From Cetorhinus maximus (Eukaryota), in contig NC_135888.1 in NCBI RefSeq assembly GCF_964194155.1, positions 99,820,001-99,884,000 of the forward strand: a DNA stretch of 64,000 bases. Direction: 5' to 3'. Positions 25,989 to 38,980 of this stretch are shown here, one piece after another (the stretch's first letter is position 1; each line of letters opens with the position of its first letter). A model generated the notes under the pieces. The model had not been told where the DNA came from, made no database searches, and saw only the letters and a program-made list of their open reading frames with translations. The position numbers and the translations under genes are program-made.

Positions 25989-27540
25989 GGGTGAAATTGT
26001 GTTGAGGCCTCAGGGGTCTCACCTGCCAGCTGAAGAGCTGGTGAAAGACCTGCACTGCCTCTTTTTGGGGTAAGGCCTGCTGAACCACATAAGACCATAA
26101 GACATAGGAGCAGAAATTAGGCCATTCGGCCCATCGAGTCTGCTCCGCCATTCAATCATGGCTGATAAGTTTTTCAACCCCATTCTCCCGCCTTCTCCCC
26201 GTAACCTTTGATCCCCTTACCAATCAAGAACCTAACTATCTCGGTCTTAAATACACTCAATGACCTGGCCTCCACAGCCTTCTGTGGCAATGAATTCCAT
26301 AGATTCACCACTCTCTGGCTAAAGAAGTTTCTCCTCATCTCTGTTCTAAAAGGTCTTCCCTTTACTCTGAGGTTATGCCCTCGGGTCCTAGTCTCTCCTA
26401 CTAATGGAAACATCTTCCACACGTCCACTTTATCCAGACCTTTCAGTATTCTGTAAGTTTCAATCAGATCCCCCCTCATCCTTCTAAACTCCATCGAGTA
26501 TAGACCCAGAGTCCTCAAACGTTCCTCATATGTTAAGCCTTTCGTTCCTGGGATCGTTCTCGTGAACCTCCTCTGGACCCTCTCCAGGGCCAGAACATCC
26601 TTCCTGAGATACGGGGCCCAAAATTGCTCACAATATTCTAAATGTGGTCTGACCAGAACCTTATAAAGCCTCAGCAGCACATCCCTGCTTTTATATTCTA
26701 GTCCTCTCAAAATAAATGCCAACATTGCATTTGCCTTCCTAACTCCTGACTCAACCTGCAAGTTAATCTTAAGAGAATCCTGTACTAGGACTCCCAAGTC
26801 CCTTTGCACTCCAGATTTCTGAATTCTCTCCCCATTTAGAAAATAGTCTACATGCTAATCAGACAGTGGCGAGGCCAGCAGCGGGCCTTCCCCTGGAATC
26901 AAGACCCTGGGCGGAAGTCTAGCTACTGAGAGCGGCCAGCCAGTCAGAGGCCAGTAGCTCGTGCTCAGCAGCACCACTGGCAAGGCCATGGCTGCTGCTG
27001 GAAGGACAGGCTCAGGAATCCCAGGATCGCAGAGCAACCAAGCCCACAGGTAAGTAATGTGGGGGGTGTTGGGGTGGTTCATGGGGTGGTTCATGGGGTG
27101 AGGGTCACAAAGAGAGGAGTGAAGGGGGGGTCAGCAGCAAGGACAGAGGGTGGCTCTTTGCGGGCCTCCCCTTCCTGATGTCCAATCCCTCAATCAGGCA
27201 TTGTGCCTTTGATTAGGACCCGCCCCCAACCCACTCCCAACCCCAAGGTGACAAGCTGGCCGCACAGTTTTACCTGCCATGCATGCCGCATGGTGACAGG
27301 CCCACCCATAGCTGGGTTAATACCAGGAGGCTGCAGGATGAGACCCTTAAGTGGAAATTAATTGGCCACTTAAGGTCCTCAATTGGTGGCAGGGCAGGAA
27401 GGTCGACCATGGGCCTTTCCACCCACAAATTAATTCTGGTGGAGGCGAGAAGGTGACAGAGTTCCAGTACACCAACATTCCACCTAAGTAAATGCCCTTC
27501 CAGCCTCCAAGCTTTCCACCAGTGAGAGCACAAGGTTCTC
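25989..27540. mobile_element. Harbinger MITE (family 2) split by CR1 insertion
   Basis: gggtgaaatt start; interior cttaagtggaaattaattggccacttaagg as at 11685-11712 and 49698-49725. Confidence 0.55.
26088..26855 (-). mobile_element. 5'-truncated CR1 LINE 3' end
   Basis: Open 211-aa ORF2 C-terminus (QRDLGVLV, LYKVLVRPHLEYC, RGDLIETYRI, FFSQRVVNLWNSLP); 3'UTR hairpin and TCTTATG(G) tail repeats. Confidence 0.95.
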
Positions 27541-27587
27541 ATGTGTGTGTGTACAAATCCTGTAAATTCTGAGATCCCTTAAAGAAA

Positions 27588-27985
27588 GGGGAGATGGTGA
27601 CGTAGTGGCAATGTTGTTGGACTAGTAATCCAGAGACCCAGGCTGACGTTCTTAGGACGTGGGTTCAAATCCCACCATGGCAGCTGGTGGAATTTGAATT
27701 CAGTTAATAAATCTGGGATATAAAGCTAGGCTCAGTGATAGTGACCATGAAGCTATCTTTGATTGCTGCAAAAATCCATCTGGTTCACTAATGTCCTTTA
27801 GGGAAGGAAATCTGCCATCCTTACCTGGTCTGGCCTACATGTGACTCCAGACCCACAGCAATGTTGTTAACACTTAACTGCCCTCTGAAATGACCTAACA
27901 AGGTCAGTTCAAGGGCAATTAGGGATGGGCAACAAATGTTGGCCTTGCTAGCGACAACCACATCCCATGAAAAAATGTAAATAAA
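27588..27985 (+). mobile_element. tRNA-head SINE with LINE-derived 3' tail
   Basis: A box tggtgacgtagtgg, B box gggttcaaatccc; tail aagggcaattagggatgggcaa..cacatcccatgaa matches the LINE 3' ends at 34652-34735 and 39288-39365. Confidence 0.85.
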
Positions 27986-28824
27986 CCTATTGTAGATTTG
28001 GAACTAGTGTTGGAACTGCATTGTTCTAAGGTAAATTAGACATCTAAGGTATACATCAACCCGATGAATACATAACAAGTAGTACTTGCTTTCTTTAAGT
28101 TTTATATACAATAAAGTTTGTTTTTGTTTTAAATGTGAAATTCTGTGGCGTAGTTCTTTAAGTTAGTTCAGATTTCTCTTTAATCATCAATGGTCCCTAC
28201 TGGGATCGTAACACTCCCTTTGGGTTAAGGACGCAGATAAAGCAACAAAGGCGCAGGAGTACTTCTCTTTGCCACACAAAGGAAAAGGCTTACCATGTCT
28301 CAGGCTTTCCACCCCCTCCCACAACCACAATTACTTCCAGGCCCCCCCCATAACTCGACCACTTATGCTGTGCACTGATTTCTTGGGACCCAACAGCAGC
28401 CCTTTGCCGTCCGAAATTCTATTCCCACATGCTGACCTTCTTCATTATGGCCAGGTTCAGGAGGGACAATATCTTGCAGAATGGTTTTGAGGCCCAGCTG
28501 TAAAAAATAATAGGCTGGGTCTCCTCACTAATTCTCCCGGAAGTGCTAGCCGGCTGTTCGCTAGATCGTGTTTCCACCCAGAGAGTTAAAATCAATCCCA
28601 TGATTTACGGCAGGGTCAGTGCTAACTTTGTGGGGTAGAATTGCAAACTCCAGGGTGCAACACCCCTATAGGTTTTCAAAGGCCAATTTATTTACCTCTA
28701 CTGTTAAAACAGGGCACAAAAGAATTTCACAGAAACATGTTAAGCATTTCTGTAATCATATTACAAAGCACACTTTCCAGAACATTATTAGATTCCTAAT
28801 TAAAACAGAGTACTGGAAATACTC

Positions 28825-29343
28825 GGACTCGAAATGTTAACTGTGTTCCTCTCCGCAGATGCTGTCAGACCTGCTGAGTTTTTCCAGGTATTATTAATTT
28901 TGTTTTGGATTTCCAGCATCCGCAGTTTTTTGATTTTATCTTAGTGTTTAATTGACTGCCACGTCTCTTCAAGGAATAACTACCTTGAAGAAGTATTTCC
29001 CTTCTCTCCGACGGGATTTCCGCCTCTCTCTTTTGCCTTGTTCACCTTTATTGCTTTCCATTTCTCTCCTGGTGTTTGACAAGGTGTTTACTCTAATATC
29101 ACCACCGTCAACACCTCTTTGTCCTTTTGTCTATGACATCTTTTGGCATTCTCCACCTATTGCTGGCCCTCTATCCAGCTCTACTTGTCCCACCCCCTAC
29201 CCCACTTAAACCAGCTTATATTTCACCTCTCTTCTATTTTTCCTTAGTTCTGTTAAAGAGTCATACAGACTCGAAACGTTAACTGTGTTCCTCCCTGCAG
29301 ATGCTGTCAGACTTGCTGAGTTTTTCCAGGTATTTTTATTTTT
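28825..29343 (+). mobile_element. Non-autonomous Penelope-type element with terminal direct repeats and hammerhead motif
   Basis: 15-bp TSD GTACTGGAAATACTC (28810-28824, 29344-29358); ~78-bp direct repeats at both ends; hammerhead-like motif at 29246-29284. Confidence 0.8.
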
Positions 29344-30324
29344 GTACTGGAAATACTCTGCAGGTTAAATATTATGTACTGTGCATTCCCAACCTTTTCT
29401 CTTTTTATTTCAGATCTTCTGCATTTACATTTTCTTTTGAAATCCTTATTAGAGGCATTCTAATTACTGCCCTTTGAAACTGCAGTTTGAATACTTAAAA
29501 TATAATGAAAATACATTATTTAGGGAATTGTTTAGGTTAGCATATCCTCAAATGCCTGGTCCTGTTGGCTTCTCCTCAGCTTCAACATGCAAGGTAATTA
29601 GCCATAGTCTACAAAGGACTATCTTCTTGGCAATTATGGTAGAAAGCCTGCCATGTTTGTCCCTGTACTTACAATACTGTGGAAACTAGGGCCAGACAGC
29701 AGAAGGTGTTAAAAGTACAGCCACAGTTCTTTACACTGGCTCTGTTCCAAAAAAACAGCTCTATTGCTGGGACATGCACTATTTGGTGCAATTTGAGGCT
29801 TTTATACATTAGTCAGGATTACATTATTGTGTGCGAATAATTGCAATTGATATCACATTCTACTCCCTTAAGGTTAAAATCATTATTAGTGTATTATTAC
29901 CATTATTACTATGAATACAAAAAAAGAGATGTTCTCATCTCCTGACTTTATCATCTGCTCCAAGAGATCGGAGAAACATTCATTGTTTAAACCTTGTCAA
30001 ATGTTCTGCAAGATTTCTAGTCACCCAAGGACATGTTGGAGAATACAATTTAGCAATTTTATATTATTTTACTTTACAGTGCAAGACAGTGTGCTTTTAA
30101 TTATTATAATTTTCCTTGCATTGTACTTGTTTCTTTTTGACTTTCACCAACTTTGTACATTGTCGTGTTCAACCTGCTTAATGGTTTATTATAATCCAGG
30201 TTTTGAAATAATTTTACATATTGCAACAACCAGTGTGCAGGATGAGTGAGACAGAGATTTGCTAATAGGTCAGCTCCTGGGTTTGATAAAATAATTTATT
30301 GTCAAGTTCAGAATGTATATCAGG

Positions 30325-31880
30325 GTAGCCTGGATTTTAACTGCTAGTAGATTTCCAGTAGGAAACCAGGCTGACAGGTTAATTTTCCACCCACCTGCCT
30401 GCCCATCCACCTGCAGCAGAATGAGATCCAGCTGGTTTTAAGAGCCAGGTTTCATTTAATTTCCAACAGATGACATCAACCTGTTCCAGGCAGGAATCAG
30501 CAGAATGTTCCATTGGCATTTGGTAGGCAGTTGGTTCGGCTGTTTCAGGAAACTAAAAATACTTCCCTGCTTGGGCCTCTTTTGGCCCCAATCCACTTCC
30601 CCACTGTCTACACCTGACATGAAAGCCAGTACAGCTTCCTGCTAAGGCTGTCCAGTTAAAATTGCAGTTGGGTGCCAATGACATCATCGGGACCAAATTT
30701 GCAAATGTAAAAACAAGACTCAACCGGCTTAGGGCAAGGATATTTTCAACCTGCTCAATAGAGAAAGTTAAAATTGGGAACAGTCAGCTCCTGGTATAAC
30801 CAGGGGTAATTTTAACTGCCCAACCACCCCTTTTCCATGAGGCAGGTAGGGTTAGGAATCTTTGCTTGAGGACTTCAATTGCCTGCTCGATAATGGTTCT
30901 AAATAAGCCATGAATATGACTATAGCTTTGATCAGACACCAAGCATGAATTCCTGAGAGGAGTCATCACCCCAGGTCCGCTGAAGGTAATCCAGACCCCT
31001 GAGTTACCAGCCATTCACTTGCTGTGCAAAGACAAAGAGTGGAGGAAATGAAGAATTGGCATAAGCCAAAAGTGAAATGGCAGTTGCTAGGAAAACAGGC
31101 ACAAATCTGAACAATCTGGGTTTGATAAAATAATCTATTGTCAAGTTCAGACAACTTGTGATGCCAGTGGTGACATACCTGTTTGAGAACTAATTGGTTG
31201 GAAACATGTGTGATTCATGAATCCAGTGAGATCGTGTGAAGGAGTGTACAGGGTGACAATGGCAGAAGTCAGTCAGGCCCTGGATTGGAGGACTGTCTCA
31301 AGATTTGTGAATACCAGATCCCTATTCCTGCCGCTTTCTCATGTGTCTGTTTGCACTAACAAACATGGCATCAATTGTCTGTTTAATGCAAGCATTAACT
31401 GCACACTGATTCATGTCACTGATATCACCTGTGGCAACCTAGAAGGACTCCTAGGCAAAAAGTTGAGATGTGTAGTGACCTTAGGTGCAACAGTTAATGC
31501 TCTTCGAGCTCTGACAGTTGGATATAAGTCTTTCTGAAGGAGGTTACACAGTCTGTGACATCCTCCCTGGAGAGGTGCAGCCACCTTGTACTTTGCTCCA
31601 CAGGGAACTAAAGGAATGTTGTCCTGGACCTATATTCCCTAGGAGGATAAGTATCCCTTCTTCTATGTGCTTTCCTGCAGCTGCAGCTCTGTTTGCTCCC
31701 CATCTTCTTTCTGCTCTTTGTTTACCAGTAGTGCTGCAAATGGTCACCTGTCAACAGGTACTGCCTATGGATTGTGGGCAGGGTGAGGAACTTAGTAACA
31801 GCAAGATGAATAGAGCTAAGAATGGTGCTGGCTTCACAACAGTGTCATTTGATCTTGATTTGCACCCTCCAGCGTAAAAG
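30325..31880 (-). mobile_element. Old Harbinger MITE (30325-30780) and transposase remnants
   Basis: ggattttaact/agttaaaatt ends; minus-strand RTIIEQAIEVLKQRF and ALTVAPKVTTHLNF..TGDISDMNQCAVNACIKQTIDAMF. Confidence 0.6.
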
Positions 31881-32130
31881 GCATAAATAATTGATGTCCA
31901 AACTACATGAGCAAAAAAACGTTAAGTAGGGGGCAAAGGATTTTAATTCACAAACATTGGTCAAGGTCAAGATAAAAAAGAGAAATGGGAAATAAGAGGG
32001 GGATAATGAAGAGGTTCAGGACTGTAGGAGCTGCCTTCGATCCTCATAATGCCCCTCATTTAGACTGTTGTTTGCAAACCAGAGTGATTTCTGGCACAAT
32101 CCAGTTGTTATAAGACATTAAAAACATATT

Positions 32131-33399
32131 GGGCGGAATTGTCTCATATTTGAACAAAATGCAGTAGTGGGCGGAAAAAAAGTTGTTTTACCCACAGGCC
32201 GCAATGGTGGGTTTTTCACACCGTGTTATCCCATTCCTGCCTCATTAATTATGCAGCCACAGGAAACACGCCACCTCACTAGCAGGCAGCCTCCAATTTG
32301 CTCGCCTCACTGCTTCCTCACGCAAGGCACCATATTTAAATTGTAGCCGTGCACACACGTCTCAATGTTTGCAGCCCAGGAGTGCACCAGTTAAGACATG
32401 GCCCTAAAAGCCAAGAAGAGTGCAGCTCCCCGATTCAGTGACCTATCCCTGGGATGCCTTTCTGGATACCGTGGAGGCCCGCCACGATGTTTTCTACCAC
32501 CACTATGGCTGCAGGAGGCCCATCAGTCTCACCATTCCAGCTTTGGAGGCGATGGCAGAGGTGGTCAGTGCCAATGCTACACACAAGAGGTCGGCCATTC
32601 AGTGCAGAAGATGGATGAATGATTTCATTCGTGCTGCCAGGGTAAGACAACCTTATCACTCTAAACTCACACACTTACAAGGCCATCACACATTCACTGA
32701 CATCTCACTCACTGCCAGTTCAAGGGACTTCACCACTCACTCTCTCACACACACCCCCACATCTCCATTTGGCCTTATGTCCTCTGGAGACTGCATCCTC
32801 AGCCCTCACCATCTTGAGGCCACTTGCATAGGTCAACATGAGCTCCCACACTCACCCTGGAAATCCCCCTTCCCCAGTACAGCCCCTAGCCTGCAGCCTC
32901 CTCCCATGCCTGAAACCACTTCTCCCCCTTCCCCAAGCAAGGCCTAGCCCTGAAACTGTTGAAAAGCTACCCCCTGCCTTACAACTGGTCTGGTAGGTAG
33001 AGACCTGCCCATGTGGTGCTGCCTGTGAAGCCTGGCGCTGATGACCGTGAGTGCTGCCCAAAGCAAAGTAGGTAAACTAACCTCAAAGTCCCGAGCAAAG
33101 TGCAGCTCGCCAGGTGCATGTCGTTTATGTACAGTTGTGAAACATCACTGTGCAATCATACCAATGTGCCCGGGTGATCCAGCATCGGGGGGATGATTCC
33201 AGTGAGCAGGGCTTATAATGAAAGGCTAAAGTATTGAAATTAGGTTCCCAACGAGTGGCAGCAGGAAACACAGCCCACCATTGATGGGTGGAGCAGGCTG
33301 GTTTCACAACGGCGTAAAACTGATTTTTGGCCATCTGGCCATATTATCCACTCGTGCCTGCCAAGACACCCACTGCCAATGGGACTGGTGATTCCACCC
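32131..33399 (+). mobile_element. Internally deleted Harbinger element C
   Basis: TIRs GGGCGGAAT / ATTCCACCC, TSD ATT/ATT; Myb exon 1 MALKAKKSAAPRFSD..QCRRWMNDFIRAAR|gtaaga (32398-32641). Confidence 0.9.
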
Positions 33400-34651
33400 A
33401 TTGGATTTTCTGAGACTTCCATTCATTTGTTTCCTGTTTGCAGAGAAGCCAGTTCCTATGGGACAACATTTTTTTTGGTTTGTAGCTCACAAAAAAATCC
33501 AGTTGAATGAGATATATAATTTATCAGGAAAGAAACCTTCCATTTAATTTTATTTCCCTGTGTAATAATTAATTCAACCATCACCAAACCATGGTTCAAA
33601 TAATTTATCCATAAACATATAATGTTAGGTGTTATTACATAGGCTATCATAATGAAATTGTGCCATTCTGGTGACCCATGCAGGCACACTGCTGGTTTAA
33701 GAATCAAAAAAAGCTCACTAACAGAAACACAAATGGAAATACTACACACTGCTTTGCCTGCATGAGTCACGGCTTAACCAAATTTGTTCCAGATCACATA
33801 TTCTTAGCTTGATTAACTACTAATTGGGTATATTTACAACTTACCACTCAGCCATAAAACAGCCAATGTGGATCAAATGTCTATTATAGAAACTTACAAT
33901 AGGCGACTAATCAGGATCACCAGTTTTATGCCCTGGCAACAGGTTGAAAATATACCTCATTGTGTTCTGAGATTTTAATGCTGCAATTTGGAATAAGTGA
34001 ATAAATGATCAGATAAACAATAAAAAGCAAAAGATACTAGCTACAGCCTTGGGCAGGCTTCTGAATTCTCCCTCCCACACTATCGCTTATCATTATGCCT
34101 ATAAACTCTTTGTCTCTCTCCACATGAGAAATCATATGTCATAACTTTGGAGACTCCCCTTCTGTTATTTGCAACCTTCTCCTGCAGATACGAAAGAGGC
34201 AGATTTCTAAACGGAGAATTGTGAGAAGAAGTTCTACTAAGGTAAGTACAACAATCACCTTATGTGTGTGAGCTTACAGTTATAAAGACACTTTTACTGG
34301 CATTGTATGTTCTATTCTGGAAAGCCAGTTGGTGAAGTATGGTACTGCTCTTTATTCAGTTTTACATTTATTTACAGAGTTATATATTAAAAGCATATAT
34401 CTCCTAAATCAACCACACCGCATTTTAAATAAGTATCTCTTTTTTTGTACTCGTGAAACCCCAGTTAATGCCCATCATCTGCATATAATTAAACACAATT
34501 AATATACTTGATGCTCCATACTTGTTCCATTTAATGGCCAACATGGGAGAACTGTGATATTCCATCATAGGTTATGTAACAGAACAAATGAACATGACTT
34601 TACAAAGATCAGCAGTTGACAAAGTTTCTTATATTCCCCTCTGTGATGATT

Positions 34652-35610
34652 CTTGTTTTTTATTATTCTTTCACAGGATGTGAGCATCGCTGGCTTGGTC
34701 AGTATTTATTGCCCATCCGTAATTGCCCTTGAGAAGGCGGTGGTGAGCTGCTTTCTTGAACCGCTGCAATCCATGTGGTGTTGGAAGGAAGTTCCAGGAT
34801 TTTGTCCCAATGACAGTGAAGAAATGGCGAAATAGTTCCAAGTCAGAATGCTGTGTGGCTTGGAGGAGAACTTGCAAGTGGTGGTGTTCCCATGCATCTG
34901 CTGCCCTTGTCCTTCTAGGTGGTAGAGGTCGCAGGTTTAGAAGGTGCTATCGAAAGAGACGTGGTGGATTGCTGCAGTGCATCTTGTAGATTGTATAAAC
35001 TGCTGCCAATGTGTGTCGGTGGTGGAGGGAGTGAAGGTTGAAGATGGAAGATGGGGTGCTAATTAAGCAGGCTGCTTTGTCCAGGATGGGGTGTCGAGCT
35101 TCTTGAATGTTTTTGGAGCTGCACTCATCCAAGCAAGTGGAGAGTATTCCATCATACTCCTGACGTGCCTTGTAGATGGTGGATGGGCTTTGGGGAGACA
35201 AAAAGTGGGTTTCTCACCACGGAATTCCAACCTTCTGAGCTGCTCTTGTAGCCACAGTATTTATATGGCTAGTCCAGTTCAGTTTCTAGTCAATGGTAAC
35301 ACCCAGGATGTTGATAGTGGGGAATTCAGTGATGGGTAATGCCATTGAATGTCAAGGGAGATGGTTGGATTCTCTCTTGTTGGAAATGGTCATTGTCAGG
35401 CACTGTGTAGTGTGAATGTAACTTGCCACTTATCAGCCCAAGGCTGAATATTGTCCAGGTCTTGCTGCATATAGACATGGACTGCTTCAGTATCTGAGGA
35501 GCTGCGAATGGTGCTGCATTGTGCAATCATCAGCAAACATCCCACTTCTGACCTTATGATGGAAGGAAGGTCGTTGATTAAGCAGCTGAAGATTTTTGGG
35601 TCTAGGACAC
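34652..35610 (-). mobile_element. CR1/L2-group LINE (family 2) 3' part
   Basis: Minus-strand RT C-terminus (STIYKA.., SWNFLP..GLQRFKKAAHHRLLKGN) and the family tail. Confidence 0.85.
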
Positions 35611-36599
35611 TTCTTGTTGTTTATAATGAGGGGTAAGAATGATTGGCAAAACAATCTAGTGAAAACTTGACTGCATGTGGCAATCTTGCAGAGCTAAAAA
35701 ATAGTCTTCATTTCCTGCCTCCAGGTTTATGCCATAAATAAGAGCTTACAAGTGCACTCTACCATCTTCATGCATGCTGTTCTGGCTAGGCTCCTTATTT
35801 CAGAGTGGTTCTTTCCGCCATAACAAGTTCCAGTGGAATGACCTCTCAAAGCTGAGCAATGAAAAAGGCCATTCTGACACCAACCATTGTGTAGCCTAGA
35901 AACTGCCTTTGAAAACCTGTAGGTGCAGGAAACCCAACCCTGACCCTGCTGTATTCCTAATGCATCATACACTATGTACTGATTCTGTTGCCATAATGAG
36001 TTTTCTACTGGGAACTCTGTTTTTTGAGAGAAGAAGATGAAGACTAGCACAGAAACTCAAGGGAGGTTAAAGAGTTCTGTACCCAATCTGCTCGGATGCT
36101 TACACCAGAATATGGAGAGAACTACCTCTGTAGTTTGAGGAGCAGTGCATGTGGGGGCTTCAGTTCAAAGATGAAACCACCTGTCGCCAAAACCCATGCA
36201 CAGCACAGTAAAAGTCACAAATATAGTCAACTATTATGTGTTGGGATTGTTTCACAGTGTCACTGGGTACATTGCAAATACAAAACAATTGGCTTGTGTG
36301 AAGCAAGTCCTAGATGCAATGTTTGCTTGAGTACACAATTCATATCCTTCTCTATAGACAATTTCCATAAGCATGAAACATCTGTGCAATTTTACAGAGT
36401 GTCATCGTGCCTAAAGGTTCAAGGGGTTATAGATTGCATCCATGTGGCTCTACATGTTTGCTTACACATTGCCACTAGTCCAGAAATTCCACTCTCTGAA
36501 TGTTCAGCTTGTTTGTGATCATTAATTCTGCCTTTTGCAGCAAATTTCTGCTTGCCTTACATCTCTAAAGTAGCTGTCTGAGTATCGATGAAAGAATGA

Positions 36600-36800
36600 T
36601 GTAGCATAGAAGGGTACCATTTGGTCCATCATGCCTGTGCCAGCTCTTTGAAAGAGCTATCCAAATAGACCTACTCTCCTGCTCGTTCTCCATAGCTCTG
36701 CAAGTTTTTCCACCTCAAGTATTTGTCAAATTCCCTTTTGAAAGTTATCATTGAATCACCTTCTACCGCTCTTTCGGGCAGTGATTCCAGATTATAATAA
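36600..36800 (-). mobile_element. CR1 3' end fragment
   Basis: SLPERAVEGDSMITFKREFDKYL..YGERAGE and 3'UTR. Confidence 0.75.
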
Positions 36801-36959
36801 CTCCCTGCAGAAAAAAATATAATGCATGCAGGAAACTCACACTTCCAGATTTCCCATCTAAAACACCAACCACAGCTCCTTCCCCACTTCTCTCTAAATA
36901 TGTGAAGGTTAAGCTTGAGATTTCCAGACTCATCAGGTAAGGCCTGGCGCATATATAAT

Positions 36960-37062
36960 AAATAAAAACATAAAATGCTGGAAAAATTCAGCTGGTCTGG
37001 TAGCATCTGTGAAGAGAGAAACGTAGTTAACATTTCAAGTCCATATGACTTCTTCAGAGCTT
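36960..37062 (-). repeat. Penelope-derived short repeat with hammerhead motif
   Basis: Minus strand AGCT-CTGAAGA-AGTC-ATATG-GACTT-GAAAT-GTT-AACT plus the family tail. Confidence 0.7.
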
Positions 37063-38652
37063 TTGCTTTCATCAAGACATGGCATATCTTAGTCTTCAAT
37101 CTACCAACTATCTTTTCCTCCATTGAGGCTGTTTCTAATCACTTGTTCTGCGAATGTCCTCCACTGTACTTCCCTCTATCTCACTCTCTACGTCCCCTGC
37201 TTAAATCCCTTGGGTTGAACATATCTGAGCTGGGAAGCAGACTGTGTGGCAGTGAGTTGTGAAATGCTAGTATGGCTGGATGGAATGAATCTTGACTCAC
37301 CATTGTCTGGCATGACAGATTACCATGGTGTGCTGATGGGCATCTTTCATATCCAACTTTTAGTACGCGTGACATGGTAGACGGAACATTAATTACTCAG
37401 ACTTAGGATTCTGGCGTCACAGCAGCTAATTGGCTATGTGACATCAGGATAGTGCCAAAGCAGAGCCTTCTGGTGCATGTAGAAGGCTCACCTGCTTGTG
37501 CCTTTATCTGGTAGAACACCATGCGAACACTGGTAGAGCAGCGCCATGCCTCAGTGGCACCACTACAAGTGGTACTATAAAGAAGGAATTTCTCGCCCTC
37601 TATCCTCAGCCTCGTTTCCTAGAACGGGGTCTCTGTGGCCCCATTGAACAATTAGGCTGCTTAGTAGCCTATTGCACTCACTTCGGACATCATTTCACCA
37701 GTAGCTACCTTGTTTCATTAATTGTTCCAGTCTCGATATCTGCCTCTCTAAGCTGCTGCAACATGGGACTTGACAGCCTCACAACTGGCAAGTTTCTTCT
37801 CAGGATCAGTTTCTACCCTGCAACTTGCCTGCAAAATTTGTCAAGACCAGCAATCTGAAGATTAGGAAGGTCCAATTTCTGCAACATTTGACTACTGGTC
37901 CAGCATATGCACAATCAAAATTTACATTTCCAATTACATTGACATTTATGAAACTGGGAGCCTATGGCTTTAAAAGGTTGATTCAGCTTAATTCAGCATC
38001 ATCAGAATATTATAAGTAGTACATTTTATAAAGAGGATTAATTATGAATACTATTATCTGAGTTTCTTTTAAAGTTTCTTTTTTATACAATGGTAATAGG
38101 GACAATGCGCAACTGATCTAAAGGTATCAGGTTTAATCCTTGGTCTGTGTTGATCTCACTGCTTTAAATGATATTAGGGGCATTAAAATTAATCTCAACT
38201 CGTCAGGGGGAGGGAAGAGAAAAATATCCATAGTTCCTGCTTTGATTGCTACTGAGCAAGAGTGCTGAATGGTTGTGAGGATGAGTGAAGGAACCCTTGC
38301 AGGTGAAGGCTGAGTTGTAAAGGGCACCCAGCTACTTCATGTGCATTTCTGTTTAGGTTTGAAAGTAGTTTAAGACAGTTTGAAAGGGGTGGGCATTTAT
38401 GTGCCATATACTACATCAATGTGTCAATTTGGGGAATGGTACATTCAGGATCATTGGTGATAGTCCAGTGACATTCACTGTCTAAGCTTACATGTGGCCT
38501 TTTTAAGAAAGGTACTAAAGAATTACCAACACCCACAGAACTGTACCTTAACACAAATCATAATTTTTAAAATTGGAGGGGGAAAGTTTAAAATAAGAAA
38601 ACAGTGCCATAAATTGTTGCTATCCAACGGAATGTTTGATAATTACAAAGGA

Positions 38653-38980
38653 TGAATCACAGAATCACAGAATCTCACAGTGCAGAAGAGGCCCTTCAGC
38701 CCATCAAGTCTGCACTGACACGTGAGAAACACCTGACCTACCTACCTAATCCCATTTACCAGCACTTGGCCCACAGCCTTGAATGTTATGACGTGCCAAG
38801 TGCTCATCCAGGTACTTTTTAAAGGATGTGAGGCAACCCGCCTCCACCACCCTCCCAGGCAGTGCATTCCAGACCGTCATCACCCTCTGGGTAAAAAAGT
38901 TTTTCCTCACATCTCCCCTAAACCTCCTGCCCCTCACCTTGAACTTATGCCCCCTTGTGACTGACCCTTCAACTAAGGAG
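38653..38980 (-). mobile_element. CR1 3' end
   Basis: RGRRFRGDVRKNFFTQRVMTVWNALP..FKKYLDEHL; (ATTCTGTG)n tail. Confidence 0.9.

Larger units (their letters stand above)
25380..28213 (+). mobile_element. Fragmented LTR hosting a Penelope-derived repeat, a MITE, a CR1 and a SINE
   Basis: 3' end caataaagttt...tgtggcgtagttctt...ctactgggatcgtaaca resembles the 3' end of the LTR at 46190-47101; 5' boundary not resolved. Confidence 0.5.

Noticed and set aside
27588-27680. tRNA gene
   Set aside because: A and B boxes are present but there is no clean cloverleaf, and it continues into a SINE body and tail
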